Source: Carcharhinus amblyrhynchos (lineage: Eukaryota). Taken from it: a stretch of DNA of 64,000 nt. The notes beneath the pieces were generated by a model that saw only the letters and a program-made list of their open reading frames with translations, did not search any database and was not told the origin of the DNA. The stretch covers positions 36,208,001 to 36,272,000 of the forward strand of contig OZ336873.1 of the NCBI GenBank assembly GCA_965287045.1, in the 5' to 3' direction. Position numbers and translations under genes: made by a program. The stretch's first letter is position 1. Each line of letters starts with the position of its first letter. This document shows, piece after piece, positions 63,531 to 64,000 of the stretch.

Positions 63531-64000
63531 GAAAAACATGCTAGGACTAAGCTGCTGCTCAACTTTCAGATCTTAACATCATGTGCATGATCAGATTCAA
63601 TGTCATCTATTTTGGCAAAAACACTTAATGCAAAAACTGCAGAATTTAACACGCTTTTCAGAACAATAACACCTAATTCAAACAATGCTTGATAATCTTT
63701 CAGAAAACAAACACTTGCATGCAATGTTGAACTTTACAAAACTGCAGGGTCACCTGAAACTTCCCATGCCGGGTGGCCCTTCAAATGAGTGGCCATGACC
63801 TCCTTCCAAGTCACAGCCAGCGATTACAGCTGCTGGATATCCCACCTTCCAGCTCAAATGAGAATCTAGCAATGCCATGGGCTTTAAACCACCCTGCAGC
63901 CATTAATTGGCTCACTGCAATTTTAGAGAACATCCAGCAACAGCAGGGATTGGCGTCAATGATCCACCCACTTTGTGTCTGAGTTCCACTAACTGAAATG

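Noticed and set aside
1-64000. CRISPR arrays, operons or prokaryotic defence systems
   Set aside because: The sequence is eukaryotic repeat-rich DNA; there are no regularly spaced repeats or gene-dense ORF clusters.

Overview
Eukaryotic, vertebrate-type genomic DNA, almost certainly from a shark or other elasmobranch. This is inferred from the repeat content: HE1/V-SINE family SINEs, HER1/CR1 LINEs, Penelope elements and decayed PIF/Harbinger transposons. The window is mostly intronic/intergenic and is dominated by transposable-element debris: about 16 HE1-type SINEs of two tail types, many CR1 and L2 fragments including one young 1.6-kb CR1 RT copy, Penelope GIY-YIG fragments with TSDs and hammerhead-like motifs, two Gypsy pol relics, solo LTRs, and Harbinger transposase/Myb relics and MITEs. 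No intact host protein-coding gene can be read, and nearly all ORFs in the track are spurious or TE-derived. The best host-gene signal is a TE-free island at about 42.5-46.2 kb. It holds a candidate plus-strand signal-peptide first exon (45181-45238, MISFFSSAVVMIWIIRAVS|G, phase-1 donor) and a divergent minus-strand exon ending ATG|GTAAGT. The most unusual observations are two cases of nearby genomic DNA copied into CR1 elements, a U2-snRNA-headed retro-like element, a 121-bp hammerhead-bearing insert with a 15-bp TSD, and a 903-bp solo LTR with a 5-bp TSD. All family names come from recognition of motifs; no database search was run.
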